From the NCBI GenBank assembly GCA_050084985.1, contig JBITNC010000001.1, positions 94,736,001 through 94,800,000 on the forward strand: 64,000 nt of DNA. The letters are read 5' to 3'. Positions 26,501-38,215 of this stretch are shown in pieces; the stretch's first letter is position 1, and each line of letters starts with the position of its first letter. The position numbers and the translations under genes are program-made. The DNA is from Nageia nagi. Taxonomy: Eukaryota > Plantae > Pinophyta. The notes beneath the pieces are model-generated. The model searched no databases, was not told the DNA's origin, and saw only the letters and a program-made list of their open reading frames with translations.

Positions 26501-26777
26501 TTCAAAAATAGTTCAAGGTTGCTTATTAGTGCTTATAGATTGATGTACATTTCAAGTCCAATATAGTATCATTACTTAGTGCTTTTATTTGCTATCATTA
26601 TATTATGATGACTTCAAAACTTTTACATGGTATTGTAGCATGATCATATAGTTTTGTAGCTTTACAACCTGATAAACCTCAAAGTTCTAACACTTTAGGA
26701 TCTTGAGAACTATCAATTTTTTTAATCTAATATTTTTTTTTCTATCAATACTTTATTTCATTGAAATCTCTCACATA
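23580..26777. repeat. ~3.2 kb dispersed repeat, copy 2 (uninterrupted, contains the empty site of element 1)
   Basis: Aligns to 750-2759 + 11319-12563. Single ATTAC at 25578-25582 in CTAATAATAAATTACATGCCATA. Confidence 0.9.
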
Positions 26778-28693
26778 CCTTGAACATAATTACATACATT
26801 CATCTATTCGACTACAAATTAGCTTGAAGATCATTACATGCCTTCATAGGCTTTGCACTTTGGAAGATACTCCTTATGGGTGTATAAGGTACCCTTACCT
26901 TGCTTTATGCTCTTCAATGATCCTTTCTTTGAATGTTAAGAGAGATAGAGGGAGTGGTATTATGAAGTATTTATACTTCTATAAAGTATTTAGATTCATA
27001 TTGATAAACTTCATCCTTACTCCCTTGGCATTCCTCAGCTACCATCATGGAATAAGAAGGAAAATATACTTCATGAGATTTGAAAAGACATCACTCTCTA
27101 TTATATCCATTACACGTGCATATCTCTTATTACTCACCCTTCTCTCAAGCTATCCTTTTATCATGAGCATTTTCTCCATATCCAATATGTCAGATAGTGT
27201 CTCCTCAATACCCCAGCAATTTATGCTACATGGTATACAAATCTCCATTAGGTAGCTTTGAGTATGCTCCCATCAGCTTTGGGTTAGATCATATCACCAT
27301 ATATTGAGAGAGGAGAGGATATGTATTTTTTGTTTCTTGGGAAAAGTAGAAACTCTGCATCATTTTATGTTCCATTATTCGATATACTATGAGATATAGG
27401 CGAATTTTATTGTCTCTTCAGGATTGACTCACACTCTATATTAACATTTTTTTGTTATAAGGATCAACGTTATCTTAGACTTTATATCAAATAAGCAATT
27501 CATTTTTGTCAGCAGTAGAGCTCTCATTTAAGTGCCTCTCATCCTCCACAATCTCAACTTATCACAAACTACTTCACCAGTTTTGATAGACCGAGGGTGG
27601 ATACAAGAGTTGGCCAAAAATGACAAGAATCAAATCATTTATACACTAGCATGGTAACTAGACAACATACTAATGGAACTTTTGAGACTCCAAACTAGTG
27701 ATGGATAAAGAAAAATCAATAATTTTTTCACAATGATTCATCTATATATGTTGTTAGAGGAGATTAATTTTGGATGATCTCTCATATTTGCATAGCATGT
27801 TTTACACTATTTGTATTTATTTTCTATTTTCTCTTTCACTAGGCATTTTTAGACCACCTAATTGTAGTTTTCACTGTCCTATTTTCCTAGTCCTTTGGGT
27901 CACTTTGGTCCATCATGGACATTAATAATATTTCATTTCATTTCATTTCATTTCTTTGATGTAATCTATCATTGCATATATATTTTCACGTCAAAATTTT
28001 GATATTTTATTTTTAAAATTAAAATATACATACCTTGGTAATTAAATAGACCTTAGTATTTAAATCCTTGAAGATCAAAAGAAGTCAATAACAAAATTTT
28101 AATCTTTCATCTATGCTAAATCACAATAAGTATTTTTTATTTGTGTTTAATTTGTGACTTAAATTACTGATGATATTTTATTATTTTGTAAACAATTTAA
28201 ATATCATAAAGTATTGAGCATTTAAAGTTTTATTCATTACTATTATGTGAGAATGCTTGTTATTCCGTTGAAGAGAAAAGGGTAGATTAAAACTATCCTA
28301 ATTTAAGTTGATAAATTTTTTGGCATATGATAATTTAATCTTACAGAGGATTACCAAAAGATAGGATTTCTTGAGCTTGATATCATACAAACCTTTTCTT
28401 CGACATGTATCACCATATGCAATGAAATAGCAGCGAAGTCCAACCAGATCAATTCAGGCTTGCTATTGTCCTCAACGCAAGCACTAAACTTGAAGACATG
28501 TATGCAAAATTTGAAAGCGTAGACATGATGCAGCCACAACTTCATGGATTCTTGTTCACCAGAAATGCACAAAATGGATTCTTTCATACCCAGAACTGTG
28601 TAGAATGTAAAATTCCTCATCTAAGCGTTACCTCAAAATTGTGTAGAATATATTTCAAAATTGAATGTATAGAATAGCAGAATTCATGGTAAA

Positions 28694-28848
28694 ATAAATC
28701 ATTTTTATAGAAAAGATCCAGCCTCAACTTCCTCTTATTACAATTATAAATCATTTTTATGGAAAAGATCCAGCCTCAACTTCCGCTTATTACAATTATA
28801 AATCATTTTTATAGAAAAGATCAGCCTCAACTTCCTCTTATTACAATT
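28694..28848. repeat. 52-bp tandem repeat x3 downstream of the MADS-box gene
   Basis: ATAAATCATTTTTATAGAAAAGATCCAGCCTCAACTTCCTCTTATTACAATT at 28694, 28746, 28798; near-identical copies. Confidence 0.93.
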
Positions 28849-28942
28849 GGGCTCCACACATATATGAGGAGAGACAAACAACAGGTTTTGGATTCAATCC
28901 ATACGCCATAGGCGATAGACATACATTTGAAAAATGGCACAT

Positions 28943-29680
28943 TCAGAAGGCATTTCCCCATAAATCGATGGCACCTTCGTAGGGGTAATCATCGAATTGT
29001 GGAGAAGCGTCCAAGGGATATGTATGAGCGTTATTATTTGTGATGAGAGCATCCCAATCTACCTCCAAAGCTAATTCTAGTGGAATGGGGGCGGCACAAA
29101 TTGCTGGTTGCTCCAAAGGCGGGTGTATTATCTGCAAAGGCAGGTGAGACTGCCGAGCTTGTAATGGCAATGGATGATTCTCAAACTCTTGTATTTCCAC
29201 TCTACTATTTGATAATGATGATTCCTGAAATCCCACTGGAACTTGAGATGATGCATTCGCTTCTCCTTCAATCTCGTACCATGAGATCATTGCCTCACCT
29301 TCTAATTCGTTTTCATATTCTTCTTGCAGTTTCCATATTCTCTGAATCCGATGCATTCTGCTCTTCTTGTGAATTGGACCCTCTGCCCTCTACAAACAAG
29401 CCTTTTTGCTAGGACATAGTTTTAATGCTGCTTCTTCCAACATTTCGCAACATGAGACGCAGCTTTATTAACTCGCACTGAGATTGGCTTCTTCCTCTTT
29501 CTTCACTCTCGTAGAAATAATTATTCCCATCTTCTGCTCCCACCAAAACGCAGAGCGGCAATCCACAGAGCTTAGAGAGTTCGTAAGCTTTATTAAAGAG
29601 CCCGCCTACTCGCTTCTTGAAACGTTCCCTCCTTTTTCTCCTTCATGCTCTCTTTTTATTTCGATCTTATTTCTACCCAT
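28943..29680 (-). pseudogene. Intronless type I (SRF-like) MADS-box transcription factor gene, frameshifted as assembled
   Basis: ATG at 29680 gives MGRNKIEIKREHEGEK. After a 1-nt shift in an A5 run (29633-29637) it reads RRERFKKRVGGLFNKAYELSKLCGLPLCVLVGAEDGNNYFY, which has canonical MADS spacing (F21, K23, R24, G27, L28, A32, E34, L35, L38, C39). That frame stops at 29409-29411. The acidic C-terminal ORF 28943-29356 (ending DDYPYEGAIDLWGNAF) is in the ATG frame. No K-box and no introns seen. Confidence 0.85.
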
Positions 29681-31865
29681 TGACAGAAAGGAGGAAAACA
29701 ACAGTCCCAAATCAGAATGGATGGAAATAAACAACACATACACCCAATGAACAAATGTAATGTTCACGTATCTTTCCAACCATTACAAATACATTTCAAA
29801 TTGGACCAAAATAGAATTAGATAATAGTAAAAATAGAAATAAAGATACTTTGTAGAACTGGTTGATAAGAGAAGGAAGTGCATGACATTGTTGGAAAAAT
29901 AAAATTAAATCAAAGGGAGAACTGAACGATTACATTGTAAAAATACTATAGTAATTTGAAATCCCACAGATGAATAATCTGGATTTCGAAAAGCTGGCAC
30001 ATGTATTTGAAATCCTTGAAAACTCTCTGTTACAACCAGACGTAAAATGAGGCTCTAGGCCATGCGATGGTTCACCATATTCTGTTCCAAACCGTGGTGG
30101 ACAGAGAATCAGGACGATCGTGGGATATAGCTTGGTACGTCGGGTGAGGGACATCAGATATTTTGTATTTTTGAATTTTAATTTTCCCATAAGGGTCTCC
30201 ATTTGAGTGACTTCCTCGAGATGATATCTTTCTACTATAGGAAAGTTGATAGATACATGGTGCACACTCTTGATCCTCACAGAAAAGTTGATAGAATTCA
30301 TATGCATTTTTTTATTTGTATAATAGTTTTTGAAGATTTGGATTTAACAAATAGATTATTATATATTATGCATTTGATGGTAAAGTTAATTTAGTATCTA
30401 TATTTTGATGAATTTAACTATCTAGCAGTTTATTATAGTGCAAAAGTTTATAAGGTCTCGGAGGATGCTTTTATTGTTTCTTTGATTAACAATTTAAAAA
30501 GTTTAGATTTTTTTTTCATATAAGCCCTTTTTATTATTGTTAATGAGCTTTAAAGGTGTACCTTATATGATCATTAGGTAAACTCCATGGTCCAGTGGAA
30601 AATATTTAAAGCCAAGGAAATAGAAATACAAGTCTTAAAATGCTCCACATCACATGGTAGTCTCTTGGAACAGATCCTTAACATGGAGGATGAGATTATT
30701 TAACATTTGAACCCATTACACAATTGGGAAGCTAGTACATCAAGATATTTAAATGTTGTTAGTATAAATCCACAAAATACATCAAATAATATAGTTTGAA
30801 AAGCTTAGATAATTAACCTTTTATCAATTTTACCCACTATGAATATCACTAATTTGATAAGCATTCAAGTTGATTCTAAAAAATTGAAAATATTTAAAAT
30901 AGGAAGAGTATGAGCTAGAATTGGAGGAGAGTACTAAGTGCAAATAAGATAAATTTATAAATAGTCAAAAATAGTAAATAAAGTTTATAAGATAACTAAC
31001 ATGATGTCGCTAGATTTGAAAAGGTGTCATGAACCTAATTATCAAAATTTATATATGTTCAAAGTGACCAATTATCAAAACTTTCACCTTTTTCATGTTT
31101 GGAATTCAAAGTTAAAGTTTTGAAAAGAGAGTTGCGATACTCAAAGCACTTATACGAATCAAATTTTGAAAATACCAACATTAGAAAGGTATCCCCAAAT
31201 TATAATCATTTGAAACATTTAAATTTGGATATCACCTATCAAATCATCCATTTTTTGAGGTATTAGCATTGCTATACAAAATCCATGCAATTATATGCTT
31301 GATCCTTAATTGGATTTTTCTAATAAATAATTATATTTTTTTCCCTATTGTTGCGTAAATGAATAAAGTTTAGTTCATTTTTTGAATTTCAAATAATTTA
31401 TTTGGATATGTCCACATGGATCCCTAATTACATCGAAAGATGAAGGGTCAACTTGAAATAAGTGAATGACCTAGAAGGATTCACTATTGACATTCATATT
31501 TGAGTTGATTGGAAATGGTCAAAATGATAAAGACCAACTTTTATCATCTAAGAATATGAAAAGATGGTTATAACTATAGTAATTTTTTCCCATAATGCAT
31601 AATCCATAAGTAGATATTAGTAATCTAATTATTTATATGTTATTTATGTAGAAAACTATAAAAGAAGACAAGGGCTTAAAAAAATAGTTACATCCTTTTA
31701 TATTTACCATTTGTAAGTAAGTTACATTCTTTATAATTAATTTAAAGCTTGATGGATATATACAAGTGTTATTAATAATATGCACTTATATTAGTTTTCA
31801 TTAATTAAGATAGAATAATTTATACATTTAACATTGAATGACTCAAATGACCCAATCAATTAATG

Positions 31866-33330
31866 TACCATCATGATCGATCACACTCTGGCCAAGCTCT
31901 ATGATATCATTCTAGAGGACTATATATCATATTTTGTGGATGAGAGAGACCTTAGAGAAGTCCCAGATAGGAGGGTCTCCGTAAATATCATCATAACTCA
32001 TAGGGACTCTCGGATAGGATTATCAACACCATTAGAATGAAGGAAGGATACCCACTCTCATCGATCCTTTTTGGACTATACATTGATGAGCTAGAGTCCT
32101 TTATCTTAGAGACCATAGGTTTTGAGGTAGTTGCCTCCTTCATGGTGTTCGTGTACCCATACTTACTCTTTATATATGACATTGTGCTTCTTTCACATAC
32201 CATAGAGGGTCATCAATATTTAGTAGATACCTTAGACTCTTTTAATGCTAAGCTAGAGTTAGTGAAAATCTTAGCAAGACTAATGTTTTGGCATATAATA
32301 TATCCAACCATACACTTGATTAGATCTATATTACATACTGAGATAGAGTTATTGCTACAAATAACTCATACACATACTTGGAAATACACTTATTAGGACT
32401 TAAATTCATGATAAGAGCGATAGTGAGGATACGTGACAATCTCCTCCCTTGAGAGATAGTGTATGTAGCTCCACTTATAGGACATTTCATCCAAGCTATA
32501 GCTATTCCATACCCTAGTCACTCCCACAACACTATATGGTGTGGAGACATGGGGACTTATCTTTAGATCTCCAGATTGGGCCAAGATAGAGAGGATCTTG
32601 TTCGACACATTATCTCACTTCATTTGAAGCAAGAGGACTATCCCATACCATATTATACTTACAAATTTTGATTGCCAACCATTTAGGTGTGGTCCTTTAT
32701 GTCACTAGTCCTCTACCTATAACACCTTTAGGGTTTTATAGTATTAGGTCGTATTGATAGACTCCCCACCAAGGCCTTAGCCTTGTTGATGGAGTCACTT
32801 GTATAGGGTTTTCATCGATGCTGGTTCACTTTGGTTTGTGAGGTGATTTTAGCTTTTCATACAATCGACTACCTTCCTTGACATAAGATCCGTACACATC
32901 CTCGAATGATTTAGATGACTCATTGTTGTCAATTAATGAGATGATATATATAGCACATATTCAAGGTATTTGGGTCACTCCCCAGTATCCCCTCCTACCT
33001 AAGTTACTCCACTATTTTTAGCACTTCTTGCAAATTGATGGAGGATTGATCATTCCCACATATACTATACTACACTTACCTCTTGGGCTAAGCATGTTTA
33101 TCTATCAATTATGTGTCTATTCAAACTAGTTGTGGATTGAGTCACATCATCACATGATCTATGAGTATAGAGTTTACTGTGTGTAAGATTTAGGGACCAA
33201 ATCAGATGATCATTTCATTTTTCATTTTCTATTCATTATGAGATATGAGGACAGTACCACTATCTTTTTTAAGACTCCTACAAATTGATTTCCTCCTTCT
33301 TCCAATACATACCAAAGGTATATGGCACTC
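31866..33330 (+). mobile_element. 5'-truncated RTE-clade LINE remnant (reverse transcriptase)
   Basis: 'TIMIDHTLAKLY', 'IINTIRMKEGYPLSSILFGLYIDELE' (GVKQGCPLSP.LF) and 'LLFIYDIVLLS' (LLFADD relic), plus a C-terminal 'DHFIF' zinc-finger relic. Confidence 0.75.
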
Positions 33331-34604
33331 TGTAATGAACTAGCCAAAATACAGAGAAAATATTGTAGAAAATTATGTTGAAAATGTTTCAACCCCTAGC
33401 TTCACAACACAAAATATAATACCAAAATTATAGCAACAAAATATGATTTATTTATTTTTTAAACAAAGAGACAATCCAAAATTGTTGCTAGGAGTAATTG
33501 CACCTAATTCTGGCTTAATTACAACACCAAATTGTACTAAAGGGTTGAGTGCTTGACTACAAAGGGGTCAAGTGTAGTTTTTAGCCATCGTAGGATTTTT
33601 TGCATTTTTCTTAAATCCTTAGTGGTCAAATATAGCATTTAGAAGTTTAAAATACCACAAAATTATATAATGAACCTCTCCAAGGTTGGGTGTCCCACCT
33701 TGAGGTAGATGGAAGGAAAAAACCCTCCTCAAAATTGCTCCTTCTTCACCACAAATGGAAAATCTAAAATTCTATCATAACTCCTCCATAATTAAAGCAT
33801 GAATACAAAACCTAAACAAAATTATCTCTAATGACTAGGTAGTTAGATAGTTGGCCTAGCCTCCAATGGAGAAATCCAAAGGGAACCCTAAATCTCTTAC
33901 AAATATTTTCAGGAATCTCTAAGAGCCCAAAGAATACAACAATATTCTCCAAACATATTCTACCAAGTCTAGGTTTGCAAATGAAACCCATTTACCTTTT
34001 ATAAACAACACTTAATGGGAGATTAGATCTTGGCTATTGATGTTCATGAAGGGCTAGGATTAAAACATTTTCTTTTATAATAAAAAAAACCTAATGAAAT
34101 ATTAGATCTTGGACATTAATCTTAATCAATGGCTTAGATTATATCTCAATAAAATATAAGATCTAAAGGTTATGATTTACTCTTACCAACAAGATAACTT
34201 AAGTTATTACTAGGCTCACATTTACCAAAAATATCACTTTACCAAAAGGCATTTAATATGGTTTTTTCTTTCCCACAAAAACCCTCATAAATTCATAATT
34301 AACTCCACTAACTCATCTACTAACTATAAAAATTACAAAAACACCCTAAATAACCTCTTATGGTTGATATTTGATAATTACAAATACCAAATACATTAAA
34401 TATGGTAGTTACAAATATAATAGTTACAAAGTATCACTAAATACATCACTAACTCAATTTAACTAACTTTGATCACAAAACGTATCAAAAACATATACAA
34501 AGCTTAAGACATTTAATAAAGCCTATCTTTGCCACATAAGACACCTAAATCCTTAATTTACTCCACCAAGACATGTACAAACATAAATAACTACCTTATT
34601 TACA
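33331..34604. mobile_element. LTR-like fragment interrupting the RTE LINE
   Basis: The LINE stops abruptly at TGTAATGAAC and a possible TTACA end lies at 34604. No TSD found. Confidence 0.35.
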
Positions 34605-35243
34605 ATAAAATGTGACTAATATGGAAAAAGAGTCCTAATGTCAAGTTCTTGAGATTAAGTGCCTGGGGTCTTTTGTGGAGAATGGTTTGAGTTGAGAATA
34701 TAAATTCTTGCTTCTCTACTTTGCATGAGTGAGTCACAACATAGCAATGCTCAAGAGCATGGACGCTCACTTGCAGGTCAACTTTAGCTTCAAAATGTTT
34801 GTTGAGTTGTTCATATTCAAATATTAGTTTTATGAACATAACATTTAAAATAAATAAAATATTAATTTTTAAACCACAAACTAAAATGTTTACCCTATGA
34901 GTTCCATGGGAGGGGAGGTTAGAAGGCCAAGGTAAGGGATCACTCCTTCATATTTCATAAAGGATTCCAAATACATATTCAAAAAATTCTGATGATTGAT
35001 AACATTAGATGTATTCTATATTTGAAATCCTTTTTTGAAATAAGATGGAACTCCATACCGTATTCACTATTCATCATTGGATGGATCTAACTTAACTATT
35101 GAACAACTGATTACTTGAATAAAATATGAATATTGATTAGTTATTTATAGAAAATTCCTAATCTATTGACATGGTGAAATATCTTTCAACATGCTTAAAA
35201 TATCATTTTTGTCCGGATGTTAGGTATGATCATAGTAAATATT

Positions 35244-35885
35244 AGAAGATGAGCATCTACTAAGCATACAGATATGTGTCTAGTTATATCAAGACAAGTG
35301 TTTGATACACATACAAATGAGCATTTAATTTTATCAAGATAAGCATTTAATACACATACAAACGAACATCTAGTTTTATCAAGATGAGCATATGCTAAGA
35401 ATGAAGATAGGTGTCTTATCAATGATCAATCACATGTCTTGATACAAAACAAATTCCTTTCTTGATAATGAGCATATGCATGTCTTTCATAACGAGTATA
35501 TGTGCATCTTCATAATGACCAGATGCTCATCTTCATAATGAGCAGACACACATCTTCATAATGATAAAATGCTCGTCTTCATAATGAGAAGACACTCGTC
35601 TTCATAATGAGCTAACGCTCATCTTCATAATGAGCAGACACTCATCTTCATTATGAGCAAATGCTCATCTTGATAACAAGAATATGTTTATCTTGATATC
35701 ATGAAGATGCTCGCCCTAATAACACCAATCATTCGCCTTGATAGATATTAGACACTTTTCTTTATAATGATCAAATGACTGTCTTGATCACTCTAAGATT
35801 TTCAACTTTATAGTAGCATATGCTCATCTTTAATGATATTGATCACTCAACTTTGCAAGTGTCAAACAACCAGACGAGCATCTTG
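35244..35885. repeat. 23-bp palindromic-unit tandem array with an oppositely oriented ~42-bp array
   Basis: CATCTTCATAATGAGCAGATGCT units at 35505, 35528, 35551, 35574, 35597, 35620, 35643, 35666, decaying on both sides. Left block 35244-35420 carries the reverse-complement motif AAGATGAGCAT. Confidence 0.85.
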
Positions 35886-36129
35886 ATTGGTATCTATCCA
35901 AAATTAATTCCTTTCTTTTCTAATTACATATTATATTCTAGATGAAGACTTTGAATGTATATATTCTTCAACTTTAACTATTATCTTAATTTATTGGTGC
36001 AATTTATTACATTAAGATGCTTTGAATTCAACCCTCCTTGCCCCTACAAACCATTGTTTTTAAAGTACACTTAAAGACATGTCATATCATAGCTTTATAG
36101 TTACCTTGAAACTTTTAAAATATTTTGAA

Positions 36130-36625
36130 TGCTACAAAGAACTTGTTAAGTGTAGAAAACCAAACTTTGAATTCTTGTGTCCTAAAGCAACTTCAACATA
36201 TTGCTTGAATCCTTAACTTGCTTTTTCAAGCCCTAGGTCACCATAACCCAATTTTAGTCATATATTTATACCAAATCTTATATGTAATTTTTGAAACTTT
36301 CAAAGCATTCCTTGAATCCAAAGTGGAGATTGACATACTTCATGTATTAACCTAAATTTTTTAGTTATTGTTATGACATTTTTGAAAAGTATGTTATAGC
36401 TACAAACAACCAAGCTTTAAATTCTTTTATATTTAAGCAACTTCAAGAGATTGCTAGAATCCTTCACATGATTACCATTTTCAATAGCATCTTTATACCA
36501 AATCTTTAATGCATTTTTTATAAATTTCAAAACATTCTTATGAATCCAAAGTGGAGTTTAGCATGACTCAAATGTTTTAAAACTATTTTAGTTATTGTGT
36601 TGAAATCTTCATAAACTATTTTATC
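36130..36625. repeat. Old ~240-270 bp tandem duplication
   Basis: AAGCAACTTCAA, TTTATACCAAATCTT, TGAATCCAAAGTGGAG and TTTTAGTTATTGT each occur twice in the same order. Confidence 0.7.
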
Positions 36626-36849
36626 CTTGTGTTTCACCATTGATTCACTATTTTTTCCAATTTCATTCTTATCTACAATTCTTCAATCTCAACTTGCATA
36701 AATATTTCTTCTAATCAATATTTTCTCACATCCATTCTCTATTTGTTCCAATGATAGATTTTGTGGCCTATCTTTGAGGTCTATGATGTTCATTTACGCA
36801 TTGATTTAAGTAATGTGCATACAATCAAGTAATGACTTAGAAGAAATAA

Positions 36850-37008
36850 CTAGCTTAGATGTCTTAGATATATATATCTAAAAACATCGAGAGGTATCAA
36901 TCTCGAGATGCCTATCTCATTTTCTTGAAAGTGTGATTTTCAAGATAGACACTTTGAGATTGATACCTCTTGACGTTCTTAGATATATATCTAAGATATC
37001 TAAACTAG
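36850..37008. mobile_element. Foldback MITE (~160 bp) with ~67-bp inverted arms and TAA target duplication
   Basis: Arm CTAGCTTAGATGTCTTAGATATATATATCTAAAAACATCGAGAGGTATCAATCTC pairs with GAGATTGATACCTCTTGACGTTCTTAGATATATATCTAAGATATCTAAACTAG. TAA flanks both sides (36847-36849, 37009-37011). Confidence 0.75.
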
Positions 37009-38002
37009 TAAATAATTTATTAATAATTTCATATGAAAAATTAACTAAGTTACTAAAGTAAAAGGTATTTCATTATTAATAAACATTTTCAAATATATAT
37101 CTAAGATATACTATAAAATATAATATTACTCTTAAAATTACATATATTCAAAAGTCAAATCATCCATTATAAAATGTAAAATCACTTTAATGGAATATAA
37201 AATATAAAAATACTTCAAAACAACATATCTTAAATAAAATATTTGAACTTTTAACAACTAATGCATTATTTATGTTGAATTACTAATATTTTAAAAAGTA
37301 ATTTATACAAATACATTCGAATCTAGATTAATATAATCCAATATGATTTACATGATTTATAAAAATGTAAAATGTAATTACTAATTAATTCGTCACTACT
37401 TGAAATTCATCAATATTTAAATAAAATGAAATAAATTATGACCTTAAATATATTAAAGGCTAATATTAATTTAAAAACTCTTTATAATAACCTGTTGTAA
37501 AAATACAAATACTAAAACAATGAAAAATGTATTTTAGATATATAGGAAACTCACTATTTCCATTATTCTAATTTATATTTACGAAATTAATGGATAATAT
37601 ATACGCATATATTCATCTTTAACACAATATATCATGTATTCAGAATTATTATATTGAAAGAATACATTTAGAGTATCCATAAGCAAGACAATACATATGT
37701 ACAAAATTCACTATATAAATATAACAAAAAAATTACATATACTTTCATTCATCTTTAATATTTCTTGTATCTAACATAATATATTATAAACTATAAATTT
37801 ATAGAGAATACATATGTCAAAAATGAAGACAATAAATGATTTTCACACCCAGCTTTATGCATTTTGAAATATTACACATTATAAATAATAAATATTTCAA
37901 AATGAATTAGATTATTTATAATGTAATATATAATGAATTATGTGATATTTTGTTAACTGTATAAATGGGTTCAACAATAAATATTATGAAATATTATATA
38001 TA

Positions 38003-38215
38003 CCATCAGTTGTGAGGGGAGTTGGTAAGAATTAGGGTTGTTAAAACTTTCAAGTAGAAAAAGGGAGGCCCCATGTTCAAATCTCTCCCCCTCACATGCA
38101 TGGTATCTAAAATATGGATGCCCTTCGATCATTGGCTCGAAGCCTAAGATAAAAAATGCCTTGTATCATAGGACAAAAGTTTTCCCTCGTGAGATGGTTT
38201 TTCCAACAACAAAAA
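38003..38215 (+). mobile_element. tRNA-derived SINE
   Basis: B-box GTTCAAATC (~38075), acceptor-like stem TGTGAGGGGA/TCCCCCTCACA, A-rich tail CAACAACAAAAA, and a 17-bp TSD ATGAAATATTATATATA (37986-38002) / ATGAAATGTTACATATA (38216-38232). Confidence 0.75.

Noticed and set aside
26761-27255. 164-aa plus-strand ORF
   Set aside because: Non-ATG start, no motifs, and it lies in CG-depleted decayed TE-like DNA; most likely a chance ORF.
28351-28620. 89-aa ORF downstream of the MADS gene
   Set aside because: No recognisable domain or splice link; likely 3' flanking sequence.
28943-29356. 137-aa ORF as an AP2/DREB-type factor because of the C-terminal DLW
   Set aside because: No AP2 domain upstream; the upstream sequence encodes a MADS domain.
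35459-35735. CRISPR-like array (also considered for the 41-, 47- and 52-bp repeats)
   Set aside because: Head-to-tail units without unique spacers, no cas genes, and a eukaryotic context.
38003-38100. Functional tRNA gene (also 39655-39800 and 45763-45836)
   Set aside because: B-box-like motifs only, with no complete cloverleaf or anticodon arm. The first has a tail and TSD, so it is a SINE.
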